Shown here: positions 9,233 to 17,712 of the stretch, in pieces
How positions within the stretch are numbered: position 1 is the stretch's first letter
How the letters are laid out: the number at the start of each line of letters is the position of its first letter
Virus record (IMG/VR): IMGVR_UViG_3300017716_002909
Location: 1-29,583 of that record
DNA: 29,583 bases
Source of the DNA: a virus
Lineage: Duplodnaviria; Caudoviricetes
Strand: one strand, 5' to 3'
The notes under the pieces: generated by a model
Told to the model about the DNA's origin: nothing
The model's input: the letters and a program-made list of their open reading frames with translations, nothing else
Database searches by the model: none
Made by a program: the position numbers and the translations under genes

Positions 9233-9907
9233 ATGACATATCCTAGTTGCATTGAATTGTCAAGCATCGAAGCAAGTTGTGCCTCTCACAAAAAAGTGGG
9301 TGGTGCAACTTCCTTTTTTTATATTGGCAGCAAAAAATTATTTTACGACAACAGCGTTGGTTCATTGTTTCCAAACTTAGAGTATTCAACTGAAGGCTGG
9401 AAGTTAAACTATGACATGACGATTGAAACAGGTTTAAGCCTTGCAAAGTTCGAAGGGGTTATTTTAAAAAATACAGGTGGCTTTGAAACTGTAGCTGGCG
9501 AAAATGTAAATTCATTCACGCATTCAATCACTTGCATTCTGTATTATAAAAGCGCACTTGAATTGAAGCGAATTAACGACTTGCTGGATGCTGAAGACCT
9601 TATCGTTTTTCTTCCAACAAACGCAGCTGATGTGAAAATTTATGGAATTGAAAAAGGTCAGATTTATTCACCTAATGGAGTTAATAAAATAACTTCTAAG
9701 TTAGGTCTTAAAGCATCAACAGGAGCAGGTGCAGACATTGTAGAGTTGCAAGGAGAAATTGGAGTTGCAGTAACTTTGACTGCTGTCAATATCCTAACGC
9801 TTCCTGCATTGCTTTACTATGTCTATGAAGTTGACGGTGGAACAGAACTTGACGGTTATCCAAACTTGGTAGACGTGCTAGATATTCTTTCAGCTAACAA
9901 CGTTTAA
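9233..9907 (+). CDS. Paralogue of the tail tube protein
   Basis: Collinear similarity with 8638-9228 (MTYPSC, KKVGG, FYIG.K, KNT..FET, LYYK/LFYK, K[IV]YGI). Confidence 0.65.
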   Translation: MTYPSCIELSSIEASCASHKKVGGATSFFYIGSKKLFYDNSVGSLFPNLEYSTEGWKLNYDMTIETGLSLAKFEGVILKNTGGFETVAGENVNSFTHSITCILYYKSALELKRINDLLDAEDLIVFLPTNAADVKIYGIEKGQIYSPNGVNKITSKLGLKASTGAGADIVELQGEIGVAVTLTAVNILTLPALLYYVYEVDGGTELDGYPNLVDVLDILSANNV

Positions 9908-9910
9908 TTA

Positions 9911-10243
9911 ATGCTTGGCAAGTTTGCAGAAACAAGCGTTGAGTGGATCATAAATGAAAACAAAAAAATCTTCAATATTGACGTTTGCAGGACTTGCAAA
10001 AGTCAGCATTTTGAAGGTTATGCTCGGTTAAAAAATTATTATAAAAATATTGAAAACATGGCAAAGCAAACCAAGACTGAAGAAGTAAAAAAAGATGCTG
10101 GCTTAAAATTAAAAAGCGAGTTCATAGGAAGCGTTCACTGCAATGGCAAAGATTCAATTTTGCTAAGTGAAGTGAACCCTGAAGAAGCTAACAAAATATT
10201 CACTGCTGAAGAAATAAACCAATACTTTGAGCAAGCTATTTGA
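9911..10243 (+). CDS. Hypothetical morphogenesis protein (CxxC)
   Basis: 110 aa ORF filling the gap between tail paralogue and portal; CRTC motif. Confidence 0.55.
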   Translation: MLGKFAETSVEWIINENKKIFNIDVCRTCKSQHFEGYARLKNYYKNIENMAKQTKTEEVKKDAGLKLKSEFIGSVHCNGKDSILLSEVNPEEANKIFTAEEINQYFEQAI

Positions 10244-11579
10244 AATTATAAACAGGATAGCTCGCATAAGGGAGAATAAGTCAAACAAGGCTTACGATAA
10301 CTCTTTTATGGGAGAGCTTTTAAAGGCTGTTATGAATTCAGGAACAGCTAGAATCTGTATTGACAGAAAAGCATCTTACATTTATGGTGAAGGCTTCATG
10401 TTGCAAGCAACAGCGGATAAGGAAGCTAACGGAAAGCAAGACTTCAACAAACTGCTTGCTGTTGCTGCTCCAAACTTAGCACTATTCAAAGGAGTTTGTT
10501 TTAAGATAATGGTTGACAATAAAGGACTTCCATATAGAATCTATTCGCTGCCTGTTGATAAAGTAAAAAAGACTTCAGACGGTGATTTTATTTATAACCA
10601 TACTTTAAATACTGACAACTACCTTCAAATTTATGATAAAAAATTTGAAGCATATAACCCAAAGGCAACGCCACAGGAAAGAATAGTTAAACTTCAAAAT
10701 GAATTGAAGGCAAACAAAGGTACTCAAATTGGAACGCTTTATTACGCATACAATGAAGGCATCGGTCAAGATTATTACCCAATACCACCAGCTTATTCAG
10801 GCTTAGAAGATATTTTGTCAGATTCAGAGCTTTCGGGCTATGAATTGGAGAACCTTGAAAACGGTTTTTTACCTTCAGCAATTTTGACAATAATAGGAAA
10901 GCTTGACAATACAATAAAAGATGCGGTAACAGGCAAGACAGAAGCCGATGTCATGAAGGATAAACTTCGTGGCTTCACTGCAAAAAAAGGTGGTAGAGCG
11001 AAGCTTATGGTTATGGCTGCTGAAACGAAAGAGCAAGTTCCAACGCTTCAGCAATTAGACGTTGCACAAATCTTGACAGGCTTGGAAAAAATAACTGACA
11101 GAATAGGAAGAAAAGTTTGCAGGCTGTTTGAAATTCCACCTGTGCTTGCAGGCTTTGAAGATGCGAGCATATTGGGTTCAAACCAAACATTCAAGAACGC
11201 ACTTGTTTCGCTTCAGCATTCAGTTATAAAAGACCAACAAATTGTGATAAATGCTTTGAGTGCAATTTATCCCGATATTAATTTTTCAATAAAGCAGTTG
11301 AAGCTTATTGATTATATTCCTGACCAAGTTTTATCAAAATTAACTGATGATGAACTTAGGGCTTTAGGTGGATATGAACCGCTTCCAAAAGCTGACGTTG
11401 GAACAGGAATATCTCTCGCTCAAATTATTGGTGTGGGTGGCACACAAAGCCTTCAGGCTATAGTCACTGACGTTAATATGTCGCAGGAACAGAAAGTTCA
11501 GGTTTTGATGATTCTATTCAACATAACTTATGAAAATTCTTATTCAATGATTTACGGAGTTAAACCACCAACAGCATAA
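10227..11579 (+). CDS. Portal protein
   Basis: 450 aa (TTG start); 'YYPIPPAYSG', 'NLENGFLPSAILTI', 'IPPVLAG', typical of Bacteroidota phage portals. Confidence 0.8.
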   Translation: MSKLFEIINRIARIRENKSNKAYDNSFMGELLKAVMNSGTARICIDRKASYIYGEGFMLQATADKEANGKQDFNKLLAVAAPNLALFKGVCFKIMVDNKGLPYRIYSLPVDKVKKTSDGDFIYNHTLNTDNYLQIYDKKFEAYNPKATPQERIVKLQNELKANKGTQIGTLYYAYNEGIGQDYYPIPPAYSGLEDILSDSELSGYELENLENGFLPSAILTIIGKLDNTIKDAVTGKTEADVMKDKLRGFTAKKGGRAKLMVMAAETKEQVPTLQQLDVAQILTGLEKITDRIGRKVCRLFEIPPVLAGFEDASILGSNQTFKNALVSLQHSVIKDQQIVINALSAIYPDINFSIKQLKLIDYIPDQVLSKLTDDELRALGGYEPLPKADVGTGISLAQIIGVGGTQSLQAIVTDVNMSQEQKVQVLMILFNITYENSYSMIYGVKPPTA

Positions 11580-12208
11580 TGAATTTAGTATTTAAAAAAA
11601 GTGACCTTTCAATTGTTCCACGCTGGACTGATAATATAAAAGATGAGTGGATAAACCCATTTATAGAGCAAAGCTGTGAGTTATATTTTTATGACACCGT
11701 TTCTCAAACTTTATATGATGCTATCGCTTCAGCAGTGAAGACTATTTTAGCAGGAACGCAGGGTGCTGAATGGAATGTGGCTACAAATTATTCAAACAAT
11801 GCAATTGTGGTTTACAATTCTGTTTATTATAAGGCAAACGGTGCAATTGCTTCAGGTCAGGCAGCTCCAGCAGTCAACGCTTCATGGGTTGCAAATGAAT
11901 TGCTAACTTTTTGGGGACAGTTTATGAAACCTTATCTTGTTTATGCCTGCTATAAATCTTTTTTATTGTGGCATGGTAAGCACATAGCGCAGGGTGGAGT
12001 TAGAAAGCACGTTGATAATACTTCGTTTGAAGTTTCGACTGATGAACTTTCTTTTTTAATGTCGGATTTGAGGTTGACAATTAACACAAAGCAGACAAAA
12101 ATGATGAATAAGCTGGCTTCAGTAAATTATACTTTTGACAATATAGTTTATCAATCGAATGAGAATGTTGGCAGCGTGAATCAAGGGATAATAATTTTTG
12201 ACGTATGA
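11579..12208 (+). CDS. Head-tail adaptor-like protein with inserted CBM5/12-like module
   Basis: Follows the portal; helical 'PFIEQS...LYDAI...MKPYLVY' body interrupted by 'WNVATNYSNNAIVVYNSVYYKA...W'. Confidence 0.55.
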   Translation: MNLVFKKSDLSIVPRWTDNIKDEWINPFIEQSCELYFYDTVSQTLYDAIASAVKTILAGTQGAEWNVATNYSNNAIVVYNSVYYKANGAIASGQAAPAVNASWVANELLTFWGQFMKPYLVYACYKSFLLWHGKHIAQGGVRKHVDNTSFEVSTDELSFLMSDLRLTINTKQTKMMNKLASVNYTFDNIVYQSNENVGSVNQGIIIFDV

Positions 12209-12615
12209 CATTTGACCAAATAGTTGAGCTTATTAAAAATATTTCTGAAGACGTTAATTCTTCAGGCTCTTTCTTTCATGGAAGAACTTATGATACCACT
12301 TTGGAGTTTGGAAATGTTTACCCACAAGTTCATTTATATCCATTCACGCAAGCTTTGGAAGCAAACCAAAACATTGTTAGAAGTGATCTATTGATTGGAT
12401 TTTGGAAAGAAGACGGACACGAAAAAACAATGATAGAAAGGCAAGAAATAATCTCGGATATGTTCACGCTTTCAATTCAATTTGAAGCAGCATTAAGGGC
12501 AACAGTTGGCATTCAAATTATATCATTAAGGCGAGAGCCACAATATCTTTCACAAATGGGAGTTGTTAGTGGGTGCGCTATGCAGGTAGTTATAAACAGC
12601 TCGGTTGGCTGTTAA
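12205..12615 (+). CDS. Putative tail completion/terminator protein
   Basis: 136 aa, 'YPQVHLYP' alpha/beta pattern, coupled to the adaptor. Confidence 0.5.
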   Translation: MTFDQIVELIKNISEDVNSSGSFFHGRTYDTTLEFGNVYPQVHLYPFTQALEANQNIVRSDLLIGFWKEDGHEKTMIERQEIISDMFTLSIQFEAALRATVGIQIISLRREPQYLSQMGVVSGCAMQVVINSSVGC

Positions 12616-12657
12616 AGTACTTTTGATTTTCAATAGTTGAGAAACGTATTAAATTTG
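12612..12657 (+). promoter_or_regulatory. Putative late promoter 2: TTAAAGTACTTTT plus TAAATTTG
   Basis: Motif at 12612-12624, -7 box at 12650-12657; spacing identical to 5944/5982. Confidence 0.6.
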
Positions 12658-12689
12658 ACTACTATTTTATAAAATAATAATTTTAAGTC

Positions 12690-12974
12690 ATGGAAAACAA
12701 TCAGTTAGATATATTGCAAGGCGGTCATGTTGTTGGCAAGTTCTTTAAATCAGGCAAGGCAATAACAGCAGGCGATTATAAGATAGCAGTGCTTCAAGAG
12801 GATGCTGTGGTTACATCTTTCACTGATGAAGATGATATTGACCAAATAGCGCTGTGGAATATTTCAGGGGAAACTTTGAAAGCTGGGACAATATTATTTG
12901 CACATAATTCTAAAGGAATAAAAAGCTTGACAGTTAGTTCAGGTTCAGGTTTCGCTTTAGGAAATATGGACTAA
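12690..12974 (+). CDS. Small beta-rich structural protein (putative)
   Basis: 94 aa, ends 'IKSLTVSSGSGFA'; first gene after promoter 2. Confidence 0.55.
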   Translation: MENNQLDILQGGHVVGKFFKSGKAITAGDYKIAVLQEDAVVTSFTDEDDIDQIALWNISGETLKAGTILFAHNSKGIKSLTVSSGSGFALGNMD

Positions 12975-12978
12975 TTGT

Positions 12979-13773
12979 ATGAAGGCTTACGGATATGGAT
13001 ATGGGCTACCATTTATAAAAAGATTTGGTGGAGGTGGTGGTGGTTTTGACCCCGATGCAGAAGCCTTTTTTAATGCAGCAGGAAGTTTATCCCCATTAGA
13101 AAAAACAGCTTACAATACGTTTGTTATAAATGCAAAAGCAAAAGGATATTACAGTAAATTAAAAGCCTTATATCCTATGCTTGGGGCTTCTGCAAACACT
13201 TGTAAATTCAACTCAATAGACCCAAGAAATAGCAATGGAGCGCACAGATTAGAGTTCTTAGGTGGTTGGAATTTTAGTGCAAATGGCATACAAGGAAATG
13301 GAGTAAACGGAACTGCTAATACTCATTTTAATCCTAACGCACACTTAGACCCTGCTAGCTTACACTTCATGTTTTATTCAAGGACTTTGGATAGCAATGT
13401 GTATTTTGATATTTGCGCTGCTTCTCTGTTTTTTATTGGAAATTTTGGGGGCACTTTTTATATTGACTTTGAACAAGGTGGTGGTTATGGTGCTTTAGCA
13501 TTAACAAATAGTCAAGGCTTTCATTTAGGAAGTAGAATCAATGCAACCAATGTTAATGGATATAAAAACGCCGCAAAAGTTATAAACAATTTTCCGCAAG
13601 GTTCAATAACTCCAAGCTCAAATGTTTATTTAGGTTCAAGAGGTGGCAGTAGTTTTTTTAGTGATAGAGAATATTCTGGCTTCTCAATAGGTGAAGGATT
13701 CACCGATACCGATGCAGCTAATTATTATACCGATTTTCAAGCGATGCAAACAACTTTAGGAAGAAACGTATAA
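12979..13773 (+). CDS. Putative virion fibre/decoration protein
   Basis: 264 aa; N-terminal GYGYG, poly-Gly linker, Asn/Gly/Phe-rich beta-sandwich-like domain. Confidence 0.5.
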   Translation: MKAYGYGYGLPFIKRFGGGGGGFDPDAEAFFNAAGSLSPLEKTAYNTFVINAKAKGYYSKLKALYPMLGASANTCKFNSIDPRNSNGAHRLEFLGGWNFSANGIQGNGVNGTANTHFNPNAHLDPASLHFMFYSRTLDSNVYFDICAASLFFIGNFGGTFYIDFEQGGGYGALALTNSQGFHLGSRINATNVNGYKNAAKVINNFPQGSITPSSNVYLGSRGGSSFFSDREYSGFSIGEGFTDTDAANYYTDFQAMQTTLGRNV

Positions 13774-13774
13774 A

Positions 13775-13972
13775 ATGAAAGTAGCAAAATTAACTGAAAA
13801 GGAAAAAGATTTTTTGATAGGTCAGGAAGTTGAAAGCGGAGTTAAGTTTAACCCTATACAAGATTCAAATAATATTTGGATAATTTCTTTAGAAGAAGTT
13901 GAGCAAACAAATAGTGAGTGGGTAAAAGAATTACCTTTAATAGATTATAAACCAAAAAAATTAGTGATATAG
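13775..13972 (+). CDS. Small acidic protein, possible chaperone of the preceding gene
   Basis: 65 aa, 'FNPIQDSNNIWIISLEE...WVKELPLIDY'; immediately downstream. Confidence 0.55.
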   Translation: MKVAKLTEKEKDFLIGQEVESGVKFNPIQDSNNIWIISLEEVEQTNSEWVKELPLIDYKPKKLVI

Positions 13973-14346
13973 TGAAAGAAAAGTATTTTATAATATTTGT
14001 CAGTGGGTTAATTTCTTACTTATCCCCAATACTTACTAGCTTATTATTTGTCGGAGCTTTAGTTATGTTCGATTGGATCACAGGAATGATAAAAGCGCAC
14101 AAACTAGGAACTTTGAATAGCAGGCAAATGATAAAAAAATTTTACACAGGCTCTAGCTATTTGATAGCCATTGCAACTGTTAGGTTATGTGAGGTTTATT
14201 TTGGGGATTCAGTGCCATTAGTAAAGCCCTTGATTGCAATAATTGCTCTAAGCGAGCTGCAATCTATGCGAGAAAATATTCAGGCTATTACAGGAGTTGA
14301 TTTGCTTAAAAATCTGTTTGCAGTATTGCAAAGGAAAGCAGAATAA
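13972..14346 (+). CDS. Holin (phage holin 4-like)
   Basis: GTG start; three hydrophobic segments, 'DWITGMIKA', 'ELQSMRENI'; precedes the endolysin. Confidence 0.8.
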   Translation: MKEKYFIIFVSGLISYLSPILTSLLFVGALVMFDWITGMIKAHKLGTLNSRQMIKKFYTGSSYLIAIATVRLCEVYFGDSVPLVKPLIAIIALSELQSMRENIQAITGVDLLKNLFAVLQRKAE

Positions 14347-14355
14347 AATTTTAAT

Positions 14356-14766
14356 ATGAGAATGATAAGTAAGCACATATCGGCTGACGAAGCCACCAAG
14401 TCAATTACTGCAATCAGGTTAAAAATTGACAACTCTCCAAGTGAAGAAATATTGAAGAACATGGAAGCTGTTGCCAACAATTGCTTTGAGCCACTTCGTG
14501 AATGGTATGGCAAGCCAATAAAAGTAAATTCATTCTATCGCTGTAAGGAATTGAACAAAGCAGTTGGTGGAAGCGCAACGAGCGACCACATGATTGGTGC
14601 TTCAATTGACATGGATGCTGGAAGCAGAGAAGAAAATAAAAAGTTGTTTGATTGGTGCAAAGCAAACTTAAAATTCAAGCAGCTTATCAATGAGTATGAC
14701 TATTCATGGGTTCACATTTCTTTCCTAGAAGGCAGGAACAATAACCAAGTCTTAATAATCAAATGA
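14356..14766 (+). CDS. Endolysin, peptidase M15 family
   Basis: 'SFYRCKELNKAVGGSATSDHMIGASID' and 'WVHIS' zinc peptidase motifs. Confidence 0.9.
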   Translation: MRMISKHISADEATKSITAIRLKIDNSPSEEILKNMEAVANNCFEPLREWYGKPIKVNSFYRCKELNKAVGGSATSDHMIGASIDMDAGSREENKKLFDWCKANLKFKQLINEYDYSWVHISFLEGRNNNQVLIIK

Positions 14767-14900
14767 AAGCAGGCGAGCTAAAGCCTTTAACGAATGAACA
14801 GAAGGCAGGAATCAAACAGCATGATTTGGAGCGCTTAAAACTTGTTAAAATAATTGAAGAAAAGTATTCAAAATATCCTTATCCCAAACGCAAAAAATGA
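14763..14900 (+). CDS. Hypothetical 45 aa protein
   Basis: MKAGELKPLTNEQKAG...; ATGA overlaps at both ends. Confidence 0.55.
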   Translation: MKAGELKPLTNEQKAGIKQHDLERLKLVKIIEEKYSKYPYPKRKK

Positions 14901-15217
14901 TTTATATTTTAGTAGCTTTTATAGGGGTTTCAAATGCAATAAGCGAGTTGTCAAATCATGGCAAACTTAACCATTGGGGAAAGTGGTGGACAGTGGAAGC
15001 TTGGAACAATAAAAATACATGGAAGCCAAAAGGTTGGTGGAGAATTTATCCACTTATTATTTTTACTGATGCTTTCCACTTCTTTAAAACTTTGTGGGTT
15101 CTTTCAATGTGCTTATCGGTTTATATTGGTGGCATGGATTGGTGGCTTGCTTTTATTATTTATTCCTGCTGGTTTCAAGTTGCTTATTCTCTCATTCCTT
15201 ATTTACGTTTCAAATGA
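14897..15217 (+). CDS. Trp-rich membrane protein
   Basis: 106 aa, several hydrophobic segments, 'AWNNKN', 'FTDAFHFFK'. Confidence 0.7.
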   Translation: MIYILVAFIGVSNAISELSNHGKLNHWGKWWTVEAWNNKNTWKPKGWWRIYPLIIFTDAFHFFKTLWVLSMCLSVYIGGMDWWLAFIIYSCWFQVAYSLIPYLRFK

Positions 15218-15552
15218 AATATTTACTTGAAATTATTGTGGTTATTATATTTGTTTTAATCTGCTACTTTTGTTTTAAAGTTTCAAAGGACTATAAGCAT
15301 ACAAACCACAAAATGGATAGTTTGGAGAATGAATTTATAATGCAGCAAAAAAAATTTGATTCGCTTGGAAGTTCTGAAACTTTGATAATTGAAAAGCAAA
15401 AAACAATTAACAACTATTATTCAAATGAAGCTATTAAAATTATTCACCTTCCTGATTCTGACAACTTCTTATTGCTTCAGTCAAACCTTGACCGATTCAG
15501 CTATTTACATAACGCACAAGCAAGCAAAGACAGTCAACCTTATAGCAAATGA
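15214..15552 (+). CDS. Putative inner-membrane spanin-like protein
   Basis: Better start is ATG 15214 (MKYLLEIIVVIIFVLICYFCF); N-terminal transmembrane segment then coiled coil; in the lysis module. Confidence 0.5.
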   Translation: MKYLLEIIVVIIFVLICYFCFKVSKDYKHTNHKMDSLENEFIMQQKKFDSLGSSETLIIEKQKTINNYYSNEAIKIIHLPDSDNFLLLQSNLDRFSYLHNAQASKDSQPYSK

Positions 15553-15784
15553 ACTTGATAAGTATATAGCGCTTGACAGCGCTTGTAAAGACTTAATAAA
15601 AGTGAAGGAACAGAAGATTCAAACGCTGTTAATTATTCAAGGAATAAAGGGAGAGCAGCTTGGTGAATTAAGGTTGCAAAACCAAGCCTATAAACTCCAA
15701 GCTTCAAGGCTTAAAAAGCGGTTAGTTATAGTTCAAATATTGGCAGTTTCTGCTTCAGCTGTTGCCTTGCTGGCAATCTTCTAA
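15425..15784 (+). CDS. Putative spanin partner (signal peptide, coiled coil, C-terminal TM)
   Basis: ATG 15425 MKLLKLFTFLILTTSYCFSQ; overlaps the previous gene in another frame. Confidence 0.5.
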   Translation: MKLLKLFTFLILTTSYCFSQTLTDSAIYITHKQAKTVNLIANELDKYIALDSACKDLIKVKEQKIQTLLIIQGIKGEQLGELRLQNQAYKLQASRLKKRLVIVQILAVSASAVALLAIF

Positions 15785-15886
15785 AAAAATATTTTATTCT
15801 TCTTAAATTTGGCTTTCTAATAAAGTCAAGGCTTCCAAGCGTCTTATATTTACTTTCAGCTAGTAGTAAAATTTTATTGATAATCA

Positions 15887-15917
15887 TTTGCTTATTAACT
15901 TTTCATGTATATATTTG
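15887..15917 (+). promoter_or_regulatory. Consensus Bacteroidota sigmaA promoter (early)
   Basis: TTTG (15887-15890), 19 nt spacer, TATATTTG (15910-15917). Confidence 0.75.
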
Positions 15918-15940
15918 CTCAATAATTAATAAAAAACAAC

Positions 15941-16069
15941 ATGATGCAGCGCCTTGTTTCTTTAATTGATAGCTTGCCTTTTGGCATGGCTTTAACTCTA
16001 TTGATAGCGGTTTTCGCTTTCTCATTTATTGGAATCATGGCGCTGTTTATTATGATAGCAGACGAATAA
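15941..16069 (+). CDS. 42 aa single-helix membrane peptide
   Basis: MMQRLVSLIDSLPFGMALTLLIAVFAFSFIGIMALFIMIADE; first ORF after the promoter, with an A-rich leader. Confidence 0.55.
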   Translation: MMQRLVSLIDSLPFGMALTLLIAVFAFSFIGIMALFIMIADE

Positions 16070-16096
16070 AAAAAGCCTCCATTCCTGAAGGCTTTT
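16068..16096. terminator. Hairpin, probably a bidirectional terminator
   Basis: AAAAGCCT...AGGCTTTT; 7-U tail on the minus strand, 4-U tail on the plus strand. Confidence 0.55.
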
Positions 16097-16109
16097 AACC
16101 AATAAACAA

Positions 16110-16805
16110 ATGACAAATATAAAAAACAAAACAAATGTAATGGAAGGCTCGGAGCTTTCAATTACAACCGACAGCTTCATTCAGAAACTGTCAGAAAATC
16201 AACAGCTAACTTTTCAGCTTATGAAACGAATTGTTGAAAAGGAAAGGCAGCAGGTAAAATTTCTTTTAGATATTTCTGAAGGGATAAATACTCAAAAGTT
16301 AGAGCTGACATTTGGAAGCGCAAAGCTTCTCAATGATTATGGCTTTTATTCTGAAGCGCTTGAATTAATTAAGCTAGTTGAACAAACCATTTTAGAAGTA
16401 ACTCCTTACTTTGCAGTATGGTTTTATAAAGCTCTTTCTGAAATAGAATTTTTATCAAAAGGCTATGAAGCCAGCGCACAAAAAAAACAAAATAGAATTT
16501 ATTTGGAAACGCACAATACTTCCAAAGATGAAAAGTTGATTTTTGCAACTTGGTGCATTGCAGGAAATGAGAATGACATTAACCCTTTATGGCATGAATC
16601 AGTTTTTAGATATTCCAGCTTGGAAGCTTTTGTGCTTTCAAAATATGGCAGCCTATTTATTCATGACGAATGTGACCAAAATGGCGATCACATTCAAAAG
16701 GAAATTGAACTAACAGAAACTGAACTTGCAAGCTTCCTGCAAGAAAATCAAGAAAGGTATATCAAAGAATATATTGAAGAAGGAAACGAGTTAATAAACT
16801 TATAA
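16110..16805 (+). CDS. Hypothetical early protein
   Basis: 231 aa ORF upstream of recT. Confidence 0.7.
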   Translation: MTNIKNKTNVMEGSELSITTDSFIQKLSENQQLTFQLMKRIVEKERQQVKFLLDISEGINTQKLELTFGSAKLLNDYGFYSEALELIKLVEQTILEVTPYFAVWFYKALSEIEFLSKGYEASAQKKQNRIYLETHNTSKDEKLIFATWCIAGNENDINPLWHESVFRYSSLEAFVLSKYGSLFIHDECDQNGDHIQKEIELTETELASFLQENQERYIKEYIEEGNELINL

Positions 16806-16818
16806 ATCAAAAAACAAA

Positions 16819-17712
16819 ATGACAAAAACAACAACAGCGGTTCAGACCGCACAGCCACAAAGCGCAAAGCTTTTTTTTCAAGCACCTGCTGTCAAAGCAA
16901 AGTTTGAGGAACTATTAGGAAAGCGTTCATCCGCTTTTATTACTTCGGTCTTGCAAATAGTAAGTCAGAATACCATGCTGGCAAACGCAGACCCTGCATC
17001 AATTTTCAACGCTGCTGCAACTGCTGCAACGCTTGACTTGCCACTTAATAACAACTTAGGCTTTGCTTACATTGTTCCTTATAATGCAAGACAGCAGGAC
17101 GGAAGCTTCAAGCAGCTTGCACAGTTTCAGCTAGGTTATAAGGGCTTTATTCAACTAGCTCAAAGGTCAGGTCAATTCACTAAGCTTTCAGCAGCACCAA
17201 TTTTTGAAGGGCAAATACTGACTGCAAACCCATTGACAGGTTTTGAGTTTGACTTTACTATTCCAGCAAGCGGTCAACCAATAGGCTACGCTGCCTATTT
17301 TAAGCTGACTAATGGCTTTGATTCAACTTTGTATATGTCTGCTTCAGAAATAAAAAGTCATGGCTTAAAATACAGCAAAACATTTGCAAAAGGAGTTTGG
17401 CAAACTGACTTTGACGGAATGGCAAAAAAGACCGTTCTGAAATTATTGCTTTCAAGATATGCACCGCTTTCAATTGAGATGCAAACAGCAATTGTTACAG
17501 ACCAAGCAGTTATAAACGATGCAGAGGCAAGCTCGGTAACTTATATTGATAATGAACCTGAAGCAGAAGTTGACAAGCTTGCAGAGCGCTTACTTTTAAT
17601 GATAGAAGATGCAAGCTCGGTGGATGAGCTTATGAATTTGGAAGCTGAAGTCAAGGCTTTAAACAATGAAGAAGTAAGCGCTGCTTATTCACAGAAAGGA
17701 GCACAATTTTAA
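16819..17712 (+). CDS. recT: RecT/Bet-family single-strand annealing protein
   Basis: 'LGFAYIVPY', 'AQFQLGYKGFIQLAQRSG', 'W..DFDGMAKKTVLK.LL..YAPLSIE'. Confidence 0.92.
   Translation: MTKTTTAVQTAQPQSAKLFFQAPAVKAKFEELLGKRSSAFITSVLQIVSQNTMLANADPASIFNAAATAATLDLPLNNNLGFAYIVPYNARQQDGSFKQLAQFQLGYKGFIQLAQRSGQFTKLSAAPIFEGQILTANPLTGFEFDFTIPASGQPIGYAAYFKLTNGFDSTLYMSASEIKSHGLKYSKTFAKGVWQTDFDGMAKKTVLKLLLSRYAPLSIEMQTAIVTDQAVINDAEASSVTYIDNEPEAEVDKLAERLLLMIEDASSVDELMNLEAEVKALNNEEVSAAYSQKGAQF

Noticed and set aside
15094-15424. ORF-track starts at 15094 and 15389
   Set aside because: Upstream extensions overlap other genes; ATG 15214 and ATG 15425 fit better.
15919-16161. Minus-strand 80 aa ORF
   Set aside because: Crosses a terminator and opposes better-supported plus-strand genes.
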